From a virus (Duplodnaviria > Caudoviricetes), in the IMG/VR virus record IMGVR_UViG_3300034062_005626: 64,000 nucleotides of DNA. The stretch is one strand, 5' to 3'. Below, piece by piece: positions 16,365-26,394 of this stretch (the first letter of the stretch is position 1; each line of letters starts with the position of its first letter). The notes beneath the pieces are model-generated. The model was given only the letters and a program-made list of their open reading frames with translations, was not told the origin of the DNA and did no database searches. Made by a program: the position numbers and the translations under genes.

Positions 16365-17177
16365 CGCTGAGATTACACGTTTATTGTGAGAACCTTTAGA
16401 GTCATTATTGTTTCTACTCTTATCCACCATCTTTTGAATGGTATTTCTCAGTGACGATTATTTAGGTGAATCACTCCTTGAGGTCTAAACTACTCTCTTA
16501 TTACTCAACTCTCTTCGAGGATGCCTCCCCAACTCTTCCTTGCGGGAATAGAGGTCTTTTGTAAAAATACACTCAGCCTTGGGAGCTTTATGTGCCGTGA
16601 ACAACTCACGACTATGTAGTCACCTTTCGATTAGACCTGACGGACACTTTTCCTTATTTAAAATTAATAGTTAATAATAATTAAGTTTTGTGTCGTGGAT
16701 TGTGAAAGTAGTGGTCCGTCACGGGCTCTATTATCTTTTGAACAATAGAATACACAACTACTCTCTGAAATGTCCCCATTTCCATATTTCAAGACTACTT
16801 CGAAACTAACTCCTTGGTGGGAGTCGGTCAAGGTCAATAACAGCACCACCTGTACATCAACATACCTTTCGGTTTTAAGTATCCTCTAATAATGGAACTC
16901 GCAATAAAAGTGTTGGAACACTTTGTTTTGCAAAATTCCTACGAGTTATTCCTATTGGTGTTCCCACCTCAATTAGACGACCCACATCGCCCAATCATCT
17001 AACCACTTTCCCTACAGCGTTGCCCTCGGTACTAAAGGTTAAACGGTATCCCGCTTGTGTACTCGACCTCGATTATCCGAAGACAACCAAGACGCAAATC
17101 AATTACACTTTTGATTCACTTTATCCCACTTTCGTGGTTTATTTTAATGGACCATACACGGCCCATTGAACTCTTCG
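16365..17177 (-). ncRNA. large structured ncRNA (~810 nt), GOLLD-like
   Basis: No credible ORF, GC well above flanks, many helices with GNRA/UUCG loops (CCAC-GAAA-GTGG, GTC-TTCG-GAT, CC-GAAA-GG, CC-GCAA-GG); own promoter and boxA; length and phage/tRNA-proximal context fit GOLLD. Confidence 0.65.
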
Positions 17178-17252
17178 TTTTACAAATTTTAAAGAAAAGG
17201 GGGTTAATCTTTTTTTTTAAATTTTGTTTGAACAATTTGTTCGTATTAAATT

Positions 17253-17348
17253 TCAAAGAACGTTTGTGATTTGAATACTGAGTATCTTTCATCACCTATA
17301 AGTTTCAAATCTTTTACAAAGTTATGTATTTAATTTGAGACTGTCAAA
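17253..17348 (-). promoter_or_regulatory. promoter (TTTG...TAACTTTG) plus hairpin and boxA-like GTTCTTTGAAA
   Basis: Minus strand TTTGACAGTCTCAAATTAAATACATAACTTTG then GTGAT...ATCAC hairpin then GTTCTTTGA. Confidence 0.65.
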
Positions 17349-17354
17349 TTTTTT

Positions 17355-17498
17355 TTAAACTTTTTCTACAAAAACATCTTCAGTTCCGTAGTAGTTTGCT
17401 CTCACACTTGCAAAGACTTCATTTGAAGTATAAAGTTTTCTTCCTTTATCGTCAAAATAATAAAAAATCTCTGAAATGTTGATTAAATCTTCACTCAT
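17355..17498 (-). CDS. 47 aa hypothetical protein
   Basis: MSEDLINISEIFYYFDDKGRKLYTSNEVFASVRANYYGTEDVFVEKV. Confidence 0.6.
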   Translation of the reverse strand: MSEDLINISEIFYYFDDKGRKLYTSNEVFASVRANYYGTEDVFVEKV

Positions 17499-17580
17499 AC
17501 TTTCAATTTTTCAAATTATACAATGGGTCGTTTCCCAATTGTTTTACAAATCTAATACTATTATTTTGATTTGTCAAACA

Positions 17581-18176
17581 TTACAATAAAAATTTTTTGA
17601 TTTTTTTGTGATAAATATAAATATAGCTAAGTTTACAAAAAGTTACAATTCAAGAAAATAAAAATCTTTTACGTCATCTGAATAGTGTAAATCGTATCCT
17701 AAATTTTTATATAAGTTTTGTGCGGTATTGTTTTCTCGATGAGTAATTAAAGTACAATACTTAAATCCTTCCTGTTTAGATACATCGTGAGCCAAATTCA
17801 TAATTTGTTTTCCAAAACCATTTCCTCTAAAATTTTCATTTACATATACATCGTAAATGTGTGTGCTATTGTCCCTATTAAAAAAGTTTTTATCACAATT
17901 TTTTTTGCACCAACTTTTTTCTTCATATAATCTAGGTATGTCATAATCTAATTCCCACCCATTATCAAAAGATACTATATTCGCATAACCAATCAAATTT
18001 TCATCTAAACCCATAATTTTTATTTTTTTACCAAAAGTATTTTTAGTTTCTCCCTCAAATAAAATATTAGTTGGAATATGACTACCTTCAAAAATATTCA
18101 TCGTAGATTTCATTCTTGATATTTGTTCGTATTACAATAAAAATTTTTTGATTTTTTTGTGATAAATATAAATATA
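17581..18176. repeat. 45-bp direct repeats (17581-17625, 18132-18176) flanking the GNAT gene
   Basis: TTACAATAAAAATTTTTTGATTTTTTTGTGATAAATATAAATATA at both ends. Confidence 0.85.
17643..18113 (-). CDS. GNAT family acetyltransferase
   Basis: VYVNENFRGNGFGKQIM acetyl-CoA motif; NNTAQNLYKNLGY. Confidence 0.9.
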   Translation of the reverse strand: MKSTMNIFEGSHIPTNILFEGETKNTFGKKIKIMGLDENLIGYANIVSFDNGWELDYDIPRLYEEKSWCKKNCDKNFFNRDNSTHIYDVYVNENFRGNGFGKQIMNLAHDVSKQEGFKYCTLITHRENNTAQNLYKNLGYDLHYSDDVKDFYFLEL

Positions 18177-18214
18177 TCTTTGCTTATCAAAAGTTTTATT
18201 GCTTTTAAATTTTT

Positions 18215-18589
18215 TTGAAATATTTATATTATGTGAAAATTTTAGTCAAAGATAACATTTTTAATTGTAAAGTCGTTGCTAATACTGATTCAATTCAGAA
18301 AGGTATGATGGGTAAAAAGTTTGATAATAATTTTGATGGTATGTTATTTATGATGCCAGAGAAAAAAACCCAAACTTTTTGGATGTACAATTGTATTATT
18401 CCTTTAGATATAATAATGATTGACGGTAATGTGATTACCAAAATAAATCATAATTGTCTTCCTTGTGGTAATGAGGAAGATTGTGAAATGTTTGAAGGAT
18501 TTGGAAATACTGTTTTGGAACTTAATGGTGGTACTTGTAAAGAATTAAACATTAAAGAGGGTGACAAAATTAAAACCTCAATGTTTTAA
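18215..18589 (+). CDS. DUF192 family protein
   Basis: KGMM...GMLF...FWMYNCIIPLDII...VLELNGG; start may be GTG at 18233. Confidence 0.85.
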   Translation: MKYLYYVKILVKDNIFNCKVVANTDSIQKGMMGKKFDNNFDGMLFMMPEKKTQTFWMYNCIIPLDIIMIDGNVITKINHNCLPCGNEEDCEMFEGFGNTVLELNGGTCKELNIKEGDKIKTSMF

Positions 18590-20097
18590 CTATTTTCAAT
18601 TTTTTTATTTAAAATATCCACAAAAGTATTTTTCATATCTTTTACTAAATCCGAATAAGTTCTTTTTGGAGTACTTTCTGTTTCATCTTCAAAATTTATA
18701 CCTTCTCTTCTTATTTGATTAAGAGCCGCTTCAATTTGTTTTTCTGACAACTTTCTAAATCTTAAAAGTTTTTGTTTAATGTCTTTAACAAAATTATTAT
18801 CTCCTTCGTAATTTGCAATCGGTAATGTTTCTTCAGGTAAATCTTTAGTGTATGGTTTATCATATCCACTATATAGGAAGTTTATTCCTGATATGTTGGT
18901 AATACATTTATGTCCTCCTGAATTTGCTTTCAGAAAGTCATAACCATTAATAGTTAGTTTTTCAGAATCAAATGAAGGCATTTTACCATATAATGCCATC
19001 ATATCTTTTGTTGTGAATCCAACTGACTCGGGAGTTGCCTCTCTTTCTGAGATTCTTTTAATAATTCTAAAACTTAATATTTCTTTTTCTAATTCAGGTT
19101 TGAAGATATTTAAAACTTCATCTTTGATTTCACCTAAGTTTATACCTTTAAGTGCTCTTTCTTCTTTAAATGGATTACAAGATGCTTGAACCATTCCGAC
19201 TTGCCCTCCAAGACCTGTAACTAGAAAGTCTGCGTCAGGGTGTATTCTAAATGGAACGTATCTATCATAAGAACCTTTTCTCATACTACCTAACCCATAT
19301 TGTGATATAACATTTCCTGTTTTTTCTATTGCCCCTTCTTTCTTTCTTGCTTCTATGAATTTTTCTTGATTTTGTGTCATAGTTTCAACCGTGGCATATC
19401 CTTGTTCTTTTGCAATTTTTGTTATTGTATTATATAAATTTTCAAGTGATGGTTCGCAGTTCATTACTAAATATTCAAGAAAATTTCTACCATTAACCTT
19501 ATCATTTTTATACGATAAAAGAAGTTTATTAACGACAAGCCCCATCATCATTTTATTTCTTTTAACACTTTCATATTTGTCATACTTAAAAACAAAATTC
19601 ATTACCATTTCTGGAGTTATTTGATTTACAGCAAAGTTTGCCGAATCGACTGTCGATATTAGATATAAATCTTCGTCTTTAAATAAATCTTTTGGTGAAA
19701 TTGTTTGAGAAATTGTTTCAACATTGGACCTTGCGTGTTTAAAACTTGTCGCAGTATCGTCTTCGACACCGGATTGACTATCGTGATGGTCTGTATGAAT
19801 AACAAACATTGGTTTACCGTGTGCAAAATCAACTAAGACCGGCATAATGTTCCCTTCACCTTCAGGTTTTTTTATTGCAAATTCTTTTGACCCGTACTGT
19901 ATTACTTCACAATCAACAACATCAATACCATTTTGTTCCAAATAGTTTTTCATGGCTATTGCCGTTGTAACACCATCTAAATCTTGATGAAAATAAATTT
20001 TAGCCTTTGGGTATCTTTTTGCAATATCATTAATATCTCTAATACCTGATTCTTTAATCATCATTCTAAATTGACTTTCAGTTATAATAATTTTCAT
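18586..20097 (-). CDS. DHH-family phosphoesterase-like protein with leader
   Basis: HQDLDG, VDF, TDHH and GGH motifs; MKIIITESQF...IKE leader. Confidence 0.75.
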   Translation of the reverse strand: MKIIITESQFRMMIKESGIRDINDIAKRYPKAKIYFHQDLDGVTTAIAMKNYLEQNGIDVVDCEVIQYGSKEFAIKKPEGEGNIMPVLVDFAHGKPMFVIHTDHHDSQSGVEDDTATSFKHARSNVETISQTISPKDLFKDEDLYLISTVDSANFAVNQITPEMVMNFVFKYDKYESVKRNKMMMGLVVNKLLLSYKNDKVNGRNFLEYLVMNCEPSLENLYNTITKIAKEQGYATVETMTQNQEKFIEARKKEGAIEKTGNVISQYGLGSMRKGSYDRYVPFRIHPDADFLVTGLGGQVGMVQASCNPFKEERALKGINLGEIKDEVLNIFKPELEKEILSFRIIKRISEREATPESVGFTTKDMMALYGKMPSFDSEKLTINGYDFLKANSGGHKCITNISGINFLYSGYDKPYTKDLPEETLPIANYEGDNNFVKDIKQKLLRFRKLSEKQIEAALNQIRREGINFEDETESTPKRTYSDLVKDMKNTFVDILNKKIENS

Positions 20098-21095
20098 AAA
20101 TAAGTTTCTCCAATATTTGTTAATTCTTCAGAAGAATATTTATCTCCATTTTGTTTTTTCCCTCCATTTGTAACTTCCCAACCAATCATTCTGTTAATAA
20201 TACTTTGTTGTATCCATTTGTCAGTTAGAGGATTTCCAAGTCTGTAATTACTTTCTTCAGGATTATTATAAAAATAAAGTTGTTTACCAATATCCCAATA
20301 CGCCCAACTTTTACTCATACCCGCAGCGCTTATTTCTTTATTTACTTTGGTTGTCATCAAATTTTTGAACCTGTCAACTAAATTATTTACCAACGATTCA
20401 ATTTCATTTGGGTTTTCTTTTGATAATGCTTCGGCGTATTTTTTCATACTTTCACTGGGTTCTGCAGTATTAAATCCAACATCACTGTAGTTTAATTTTG
20501 ATATGTATTGGTCAGGACCGCTCGTTGGTTTGTTTTTTTTGATGTTTGGTTGATTAGTTTCAAAATTTGAGGTTATTTTATTCGCACTAGCTATTCTTTT
20601 TAATCTATAAACCCTTTCTTTTAGTCCTGGTATTTCGTCAACAATTTTATTTACTTTGTCCCAATTTATGGGTTTATCATAGAGTAGTATATCAGAACGC
20701 AAATCTAAATCATAACATTGATTTTCAGACCCCCCATTAAGAAGACATAACGCTTGTTTCATTTCCAAGTACCGTTGATTTCCAGTTCCCCAAAAATGTT
20801 TACGTACATAATCTATAAACTTGAAGTCTCTTGTAAATAAATTTATTAATTCATCAATGGACTTGGCTTCTTCTATTTTTTCATAAACAAAAATTCTTTC
20901 CCCAGCATCAATAGATTCTTGTCTTAATTTTAAATATTTTCCCCCATTATACATTTGATTTACAGCATCCTCATGTGATGTATTTTTAACATATTCAAAC
21001 CAATTATCTATAATTTTTTTATCCTCTTCTTTAGTTTCACAAATTCCCATGACTTGTTTAATTCTTAAAATTTGTTCGTTGAGGATTGTATTCAT
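20094..21095 (-). CDS. leader-family hypothetical protein
   Basis: MNTILNEQILRIKQVM leader; start moved from 21119. Confidence 0.7.
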   Translation of the reverse strand: MNTILNEQILRIKQVMGICETKEEDKKIIDNWFEYVKNTSHEDAVNQMYNGGKYLKLRQESIDAGERIFVYEKIEEAKSIDELINLFTRDFKFIDYVRKHFWGTGNQRYLEMKQALCLLNGGSENQCYDLDLRSDILLYDKPINWDKVNKIVDEIPGLKERVYRLKRIASANKITSNFETNQPNIKKNKPTSGPDQYISKLNYSDVGFNTAEPSESMKKYAEALSKENPNEIESLVNNLVDRFKNLMTTKVNKEISAAGMSKSWAYWDIGKQLYFYNNPEESNYRLGNPLTDKWIQQSIINRMIGWEVTNGGKKQNGDKYSSEELTNIGETYL

Positions 21096-21128
21096 AACAA
21101 TAAATATACTATAAAACAAAAATCCCCA

Positions 21129-21980
21129 CTATAATGGTGGGGTTTCTTGTAGAGTTTCTAATGTTTTGAAGTATTCAACTCTTGTTCTTGCGATATTTGT
21201 ATAATTTTCACTTAGTTCTATTCCCAACCACCTTCGGTCAAGTATTTGTGCGGCCACTAAACTAGTACCACTACCAGCGAATGGGTCCATAACTATATCG
21301 TTCTTGTAGGATAGTATTTTAATCGCTTTGGTTGGAATGTCCATCGAGAACGTTGCCTTGGTGAGTGATTTAGTATCTGCAAAGTAATTCCACTGACCAA
21401 ACACAAGTTCCATAAACTCTTTCTTATCCTGTTCTTCATATACATTTTTAGTTCTTACTATACCATCTTTATTTTCAACCTCAGTTGGTGTTCCTATCCA
21501 TTGCGGTTCTCCTTTAACTTTTTTAATATGATGTTTTTTATATGCTAAAATAACACACTCTTTTGGGTTGTAGATATAAGGTGATGATGGGCTCATCCAA
21601 GAACCCCAAGCTGTAGTTTTACTTCTATGTGGTGATTGTTCTTCAAGGTCGACAATACCAAAAAAACCAAATCCAATTTCTTTCATGATTTGCCACATTT
21701 CAGAAACAAAGAAAATACGTCCACCTTTTTTTTGTCTGTTGATTTCATAGGGAATGTTCAAAGCGATACGTCCATCGTCTTTTAATAATCTATATGTTTC
21801 AGACAACCAAGACTTAGCAAATTCAACATACTCTGTGAACTCAACATCATCTTCATGTACGTCATAATCAATTCCCACACCATATGGTGGACTTGTAACA
21901 ACCAAATCAATACACCCTTCTGGTAATGTCTTCATTACCTCAATACAATCTCCATTAATTATTCTTCCTGTTTCTATCAT
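21129..21980 (-). CDS. DNA methyltransferase, beta class (SPPY; likely N4-cytosine)
   Basis: GDC, VTSPPY, then DPFAGSGT...GIEL. Confidence 0.92.
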   Translation of the reverse strand: MIETGRIINGDCIEVMKTLPEGCIDLVVTSPPYGVGIDYDVHEDDVEFTEYVEFAKSWLSETYRLLKDDGRIALNIPYEINRQKKGGRIFFVSEMWQIMKEIGFGFFGIVDLEEQSPHRSKTTAWGSWMSPSSPYIYNPKECVILAYKKHHIKKVKGEPQWIGTPTEVENKDGIVRTKNVYEEQDKKEFMELVFGQWNYFADTKSLTKATFSMDIPTKAIKILSYKNDIVMDPFAGSGTSLVAAQILDRRWLGIELSENYTNIARTRVEYFKTLETLQETPPL

Positions 21981-22095
21981 TTTAAAATATCATTTTTATT
22001 ACTTCACTAACTAAAACCCTTGTCATCATTAACCAAAATAAAATTATACATCCCGCAATAATTCTATATCTTCTTTCTATGTTTTTTTTTAATTT

Positions 22096-22491
22096 TCATA
22101 CCAATTCTGCTATTATTTGTGCTAATTTATATCCTGTAAATGCCCCTGCCGCCGCCGAACCAGGTAGGACAACAAATTTACCTAACATGGTTTCATATTT
22201 TTTTCTATTAACAATGTAAGAAATCAATACGTAATAAACAATATAGTTAATTAAAACCATAAAGTCCAGTTCTTTTGCCGCAAAAACTACTATTGAATTA
22301 CCTAAAAATCCCCACATAAAATTTATAAGGGTTTCTCTTAATAATTCGTTTGGTGTTGTAAGAGCGTCCCAAACATTTATTTCTTTATCAAAACCTGTTT
22401 TCTTTTTCAAGCGTTTCGATGTGGTGTTGAAGGTACCAAAGGGCTTTTCTGAGGTCTTCAAGTTCTTTGTCTTTTCTTTTTTTTCCTGCAC
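22096..22491 (-). CDS. membrane protein
   Basis: Hydrophobic C-terminal ~90 aa; true start likely downstream, near the DUF3310 stop. Confidence 0.6.
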   Translation of the reverse strand: MQEKKEKTKNLKTSEKPFGTFNTTSKRLKKKTGFDKEINVWDALTTPNELLRETLINFMWGFLGNSIVVFAAKELDFMVLINYIVYYVLISYIVNRKKYETMLGKFVVLPGSAAAGAFTGYKLAQIIAELV

Positions 22492-22621
22492 GTGATATAT
22501 ATTTTACTGTATTTCCTAAACTAAATCCCAAATCCCAAGCATCAATAACTTTGATTGCTTCGTATGTGTTTTCTGAACCTCCATAATGTTCTGGATGGTT
22601 TACCTGTTCTTTATTTTCCAT
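22388..22621 (-). CDS. DUF3310 / SaV-like protein
   Basis: VNHPEHY...FSLGNTVKYISRAGKK...EDLRKALWYL. Confidence 0.9.
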   Translation of the reverse strand: MENKEQVNHPEHYGGSENTYEAIKVIDAWDLGFSLGNTVKYISRAGKKRKDKELEDLRKALWYLQHHIETLEKENRF

Positions 22622-22622
22622 T

Positions 22623-22973
22623 CTATTTCCAAAATAATTGTATTATTAAAATTCCTATTGCTAAAATTAAACAAACTATGGTTTTAAGTGTTAGTGGTTC
22701 TTTAAAAATTAACCAACTTAACCATGTAAAAACAACTGCTCCAACACTAAACCCAATCAACCTTGAAGGCCACATTTGACCATTAAACGCTATTATCATA
22801 TTTTTTACAGAATAAATAAATAACATAGATATTGGTATACCCATCATTACTGTTAACCAATAATTATTTTTTATCCATTCATATTTAAAAGGTCCTTGAA
22901 GTTGGAAGAATGTTCCAATTTGGGCTAAAAAACCAAAAACTATCTCCACTAATAACGCCCATCCATTAACCAT
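22623..22973 (-). CDS. 4-TM membrane protein (DMT/EamA-like)
   Basis: Four hydrophobic helices; IFKEPLT motif. Confidence 0.65.
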   Translation of the reverse strand: MVNGWALLVEIVFGFLAQIGTFFQLQGPFKYEWIKNNYWLTVMMGIPISMLFIYSVKNMIIAFNGQMWPSRLIGFSVGAVVFTWLSWLIFKEPLTLKTIVCLILAIGILIIQLFWK

Positions 22974-24091
22974 TATTCCTCTTCTCTGTATTCTTTTAAC
23001 AACTCTTCATTTGTAACTGTTCCGTATTTACCGCTCAGTTCATCTACGTTTATTTTGGTATTCATTTTCATGGTAATCTCCATTAATGTTTCTGTACTTT
23101 TAAGTGATTTTATAATTTCTAAAACAACTTTATATGAATCAGCGTTAGATGCCGGTCTTCTATCTTCAATATACCCTTTCCAATTTTCGGCGGTTGATTT
23201 TGGGATTCTAATTGATGCCCCTCTATCACCAATACCATAACTATATTTTTCAATTGATTGTGTTTCGTGTTTTCCTGTAAGTCTCAAATTATTTTCGGAA
23301 CCGTAATTTTTAATATGGTCATGATGTCTTGAACCAAATGTATTGAAAATTGCTTGAAAATATTCATAACCACCAAGTGTTCTCATTCTTTCATTTGAAA
23401 AATTGGTATGCATCCCTGAACCATTCCAATCACCTTTAATTGGTTTTGGGTGTAAAATTATTTCATAGTTGTACTTTTCTGAAAGTCTATGTAAAAAATA
23501 TCTTGTCATCCATAAATCATCGGCAGCCTTCAAACTTCCTTTAGAAAAAACTTGGTATTCCCATTGTCCTAATGCGACTTCAGCATTAATACCTGTTATT
23601 TCCATACCATACATTAAACATAACGCCATGTGTTCCTCAGCAAAACCCCTTCCAACAACATTATGTCCAACTCCACAATAATATTTTCCTTGGGGTTCTA
23701 AATGTGGGGTTTCGTGGCCTAAGATATTATTTGTTTTTGAATTTTTAATAAAATATTCTTGTTCAAAACCAAACCACAAATCTTCTTGGTTTTCAACTTT
23801 TGACCTAATGTTTGATTCGTCGGGTGTGCCGTCTGAATTTAATACTTCACATAAAACATATACCCTGCTATTTTCTAAAGGAAAAGATTTTTGAGTATAA
23901 TATCTTATAGGTTTTAATATTTTATCTGAATTTTCTGTGTTTGCTTGATTTGTTGATGACCCATCGAAACTCCATTCTGGAAATTTGAACTCATTCACAT
24001 TTGTATTAATTTCTTCAACTTTTACTTTACTTCTAAGGTTTGGTTCTGGAGTATATCCATCTAACCATACATATTCTAAGGTTACTTTCAT
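22973..24091 (-). CDS. glnII: glutamine synthetase type II
   Basis: LEYVWLDG..PEPNLRSK, WSFDGSST, GFEQEY, NAEVALGQWEYQ, DWNGSGMHTNFS, RLTGKHET, NRG-like DRGASIRIP, YIEDRRPASN. Confidence 0.95.
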   Translation of the reverse strand: MKVTLEYVWLDGYTPEPNLRSKVKVEEINTNVNEFKFPEWSFDGSSTNQANTENSDKILKPIRYYTQKSFPLENSRVYVLCEVLNSDGTPDESNIRSKVENQEDLWFGFEQEYFIKNSKTNNILGHETPHLEPQGKYYCGVGHNVVGRGFAEEHMALCLMYGMEITGINAEVALGQWEYQVFSKGSLKAADDLWMTRYFLHRLSEKYNYEIILHPKPIKGDWNGSGMHTNFSNERMRTLGGYEYFQAIFNTFGSRHHDHIKNYGSENNLRLTGKHETQSIEKYSYGIGDRGASIRIPKSTAENWKGYIEDRRPASNADSYKVVLEIIKSLKSTETLMEITMKMNTKINVDELSGKYGTVTNEELLKEYREEE

Positions 24092-24270
24092 TTATTTTTA
24101 TTTATATATTCAATTATTGTTTTTTCATTTGCCCCATCCTTGAATAATCTGTAAACTTCTTCAGAAAACTTATCCGTTATAAAAAGTGCATCTGCTTGAA
24201 GATACTCAATTATATGATGTTGATTTTTTAAAATTTGTTCTTTGTTAAGAAATCTTTTATTAAATCCCAT
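24088..24270 (-). CDS. hypothetical protein
   Basis: 60 aa, overlaps neighbours. Confidence 0.6.
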   Translation of the reverse strand: MGFNKRFLNKEQILKNQHHIIEYLQADALFITDKFSEEVYRLFKDGANEKTIIEYINKNK

Positions 24271-24388
24271 TACTCTTTTTACTTTTTAAGTTTAACAAAA
24301 AGGTTCTCACTTGGTTTCCTAAATCTAAGTCATTGGGATACTTTTTAACCATACTTTTAATCTCTTTAATGATTTCTTTTTTCTTCAT
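24260..24388 (-). CDS. 42 aa hypothetical protein (YPNDxxLG motif)
   Basis: MKKKEIIKEIKSMVKKYPNDLDLGNQVR... Confidence 0.55.
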   Translation of the reverse strand: MKKKEIIKEIKSMVKKYPNDLDLGNQVRTFLLNLKSKKSNGI

Positions 24389-24402
24389 ATCAATAGTATA
24401 GT

Positions 24403-25155
24403 TTATTGAATTGTTTTTGTCAAATTAACCTTATTTATAATTTTAGATTGTTGTATAAAGTTTAACAATTTTCTTTTGGTCAAAGGAATCAATGTCTCAT
24501 TGAATGGAAAATTATCGTCGTGATTTACTTTGAATAGTATAAGTTCTCTATGAACTTCTTCACTGCTTAAATTTTTAATTAAAGTTTTTTTGTTTTCAAA
24601 TAACTCTGGAGTAATTTCTTGGTTTTCAATCTCACATATTTTTTTAATGTAGCATTTAACATCAGGAAAATTCTTTTTTATTTCTTTAATTACAAATTCG
24701 TATAAGTAATTTTTTTCTTTGTTTTTAATTATAAAAAGTCCTTGTTTGCTTTCAATTTTTTTTGAGTTGTTTAGTACAGTTAATGAAATACTATCATTCA
24801 CCAACTCCCAAATTGCTTTTGCGTGGTCAAAAAAGTTTTGTAATTTCTCTGATGAATATTTGCTTATTCTATATAATTCTAAGATTTCTTGTCCAGTCAT
24901 TGGTGGTATTTCTTGACTAACTAAATCTGATAATAAAATTTCTTCGTCTTTTTCTTTTAATTTTTTTGTCAATGACAAATATTGACCTTTTTGTAATACT
25001 AAATTTATATTAGCCAAATGAAGTGACAACAATTGAAAATTTGGATAAAGTTTAAAATCGTTTAACTCTTTTTCAATTTTTTGTAAATACCCTAATAAAA
25101 TATATTGTTTGTGTTCAAAATCTACTGGCTCTTGAAATACCCAATTTGTCTCCAT
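24403..25155 (-). CDS. hypothetical protein
   Basis: 250 aa ORF. Confidence 0.75.
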   Translation of the reverse strand: METNWVFQEPVDFEHKQYILLGYLQKIEKELNDFKLYPNFQLLSLHLANINLVLQKGQYLSLTKKLKEKDEEILLSDLVSQEIPPMTGQEILELYRISKYSSEKLQNFFDHAKAIWELVNDSISLTVLNNSKKIESKQGLFIIKNKEKNYLYEFVIKEIKKNFPDVKCYIKKICEIENQEITPELFENKKTLIKNLSSEEVHRELILFKVNHDDNFPFNETLIPLTKRKLLNFIQQSKIINKVNLTKTIQ

Positions 25156-25194
25156 GTATAAAAAATAAGAAAAATATGTTGGTCAGTAAATAAA

Positions 25195-26394
25195 TTAATT
25201 ATATCTCATTATAATAAATGTCTTTCCATTTACATCAATTTCATCGTGGTCACCGTCATAACTACCTAAAATATCCCCCCAACTATCACTATTAATTATA
25301 TAATCTATTACAGCCTCCGTATCAACATAATAAAAAATTTCATTTTTGTCGAATCCTTGGTCGTTTAAAAATGAAACAAATTCATCTTCATTATCGTCAA
25401 CATAAGATTCAATTGCTGATTCTATTTCGTCTTGGTTGTAATCACCTTCTGGATTTTCTTCAACGTCTTCTATTAATTGTGTTATATCATCAATTTCGTC
25501 TTGGATGTTATTTTCGGTTTCCTCATCTAAATCTTCATTATTTATTCTTTGTTCTAATTTTTCAATTTTTTGTTTGTATATATTTACAATTTTTTCTTGT
25601 TGTTGTGTTAAATCTTTTTTAATTCCCCAATTTTCAGGGTCATCATAAATTGATTCTGATATATAATCACTTAAAAAACCTCTAACCGACTCATTATCTA
25701 AATGGTCTTCCCAAACCCAAGAAGCAAATGCTTCATATCCAAGTTCATCTATTCTCCCCTCGATTGAACGTCTAGCGGCACTTTCTATTTCGTCTTCACT
25801 ATATACCATCCATTCTGTGTCTCTATCATCCTCACCTAACCAAGTAAAAAAACCACCACCATAATGTGTGTATTTTTCAGGATAAATAAAATATTTGTCC
25901 TCAAGAACTTCTTCCTCACTAACGCCATCGTCATAATAAGACAATTTACGTTGATTTTCTAAATGTTCGTATAATGCCTCTGTTTGGTAGGATATTTTTT
26001 TTCCATTTTGAATATTCCAATCGTTTTTCTTTCTTAGTTCATCTAAATAATTAAGTTTTTCTTGAAGTATTTTTTGTTGTCTTATATAATATCTTTTACT
26101 ATTCCAGTCTCTAAAGTTTTTAGCCTTACTTTCATCAAAAACATCAACGTTACTATAACTAATATCTAAATTACCTTCAATTTTAGAGAGTGAATCAAGA
26201 TTTTTAATTTCTTTGTCGTATTGTAAATCTAAATCACCGGTGATTATAATATCTTTATTTTTGTAATATTTTTTTAGTAATGCAACATCACTATTGAAAT
26301 AGGGCAAATTTTCTTTAAAGTCTTCAGGTGAAATCCTTATAACATTTTCAATCTGTTCATAAATGACCCTTTTTATGATTTTTTCTAATGACAT
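25195..26394 (-). CDS. acidic leader-family protein
   Basis: MSLEKIIKRVIYEQ leader; GDLDL/GNLDI repeats. Confidence 0.75.
   Translation of the reverse strand: MSLEKIIKRVIYEQIENVIRISPEDFKENLPYFNSDVALLKKYYKNKDIIITGDLDLQYDKEIKNLDSLSKIEGNLDISYSNVDVFDESKAKNFRDWNSKRYYIRQQKILQEKLNYLDELRKKNDWNIQNGKKISYQTEALYEHLENQRKLSYYDDGVSEEEVLEDKYFIYPEKYTHYGGGFFTWLGEDDRDTEWMVYSEDEIESAARRSIEGRIDELGYEAFASWVWEDHLDNESVRGFLSDYISESIYDDPENWGIKKDLTQQQEKIVNIYKQKIEKLEQRINNEDLDEETENNIQDEIDDITQLIEDVEENPEGDYNQDEIESAIESYVDDNEDEFVSFLNDQGFDKNEIFYYVDTEAVIDYIINSDSWGDILGSYDGDHDEIDVNGKTFIIMRYN

Noticed and set aside
16664-17269. ORFs 16664-16849 and 17057-17269
   Set aside because: Lie within the large structured ncRNA; no protein-like features
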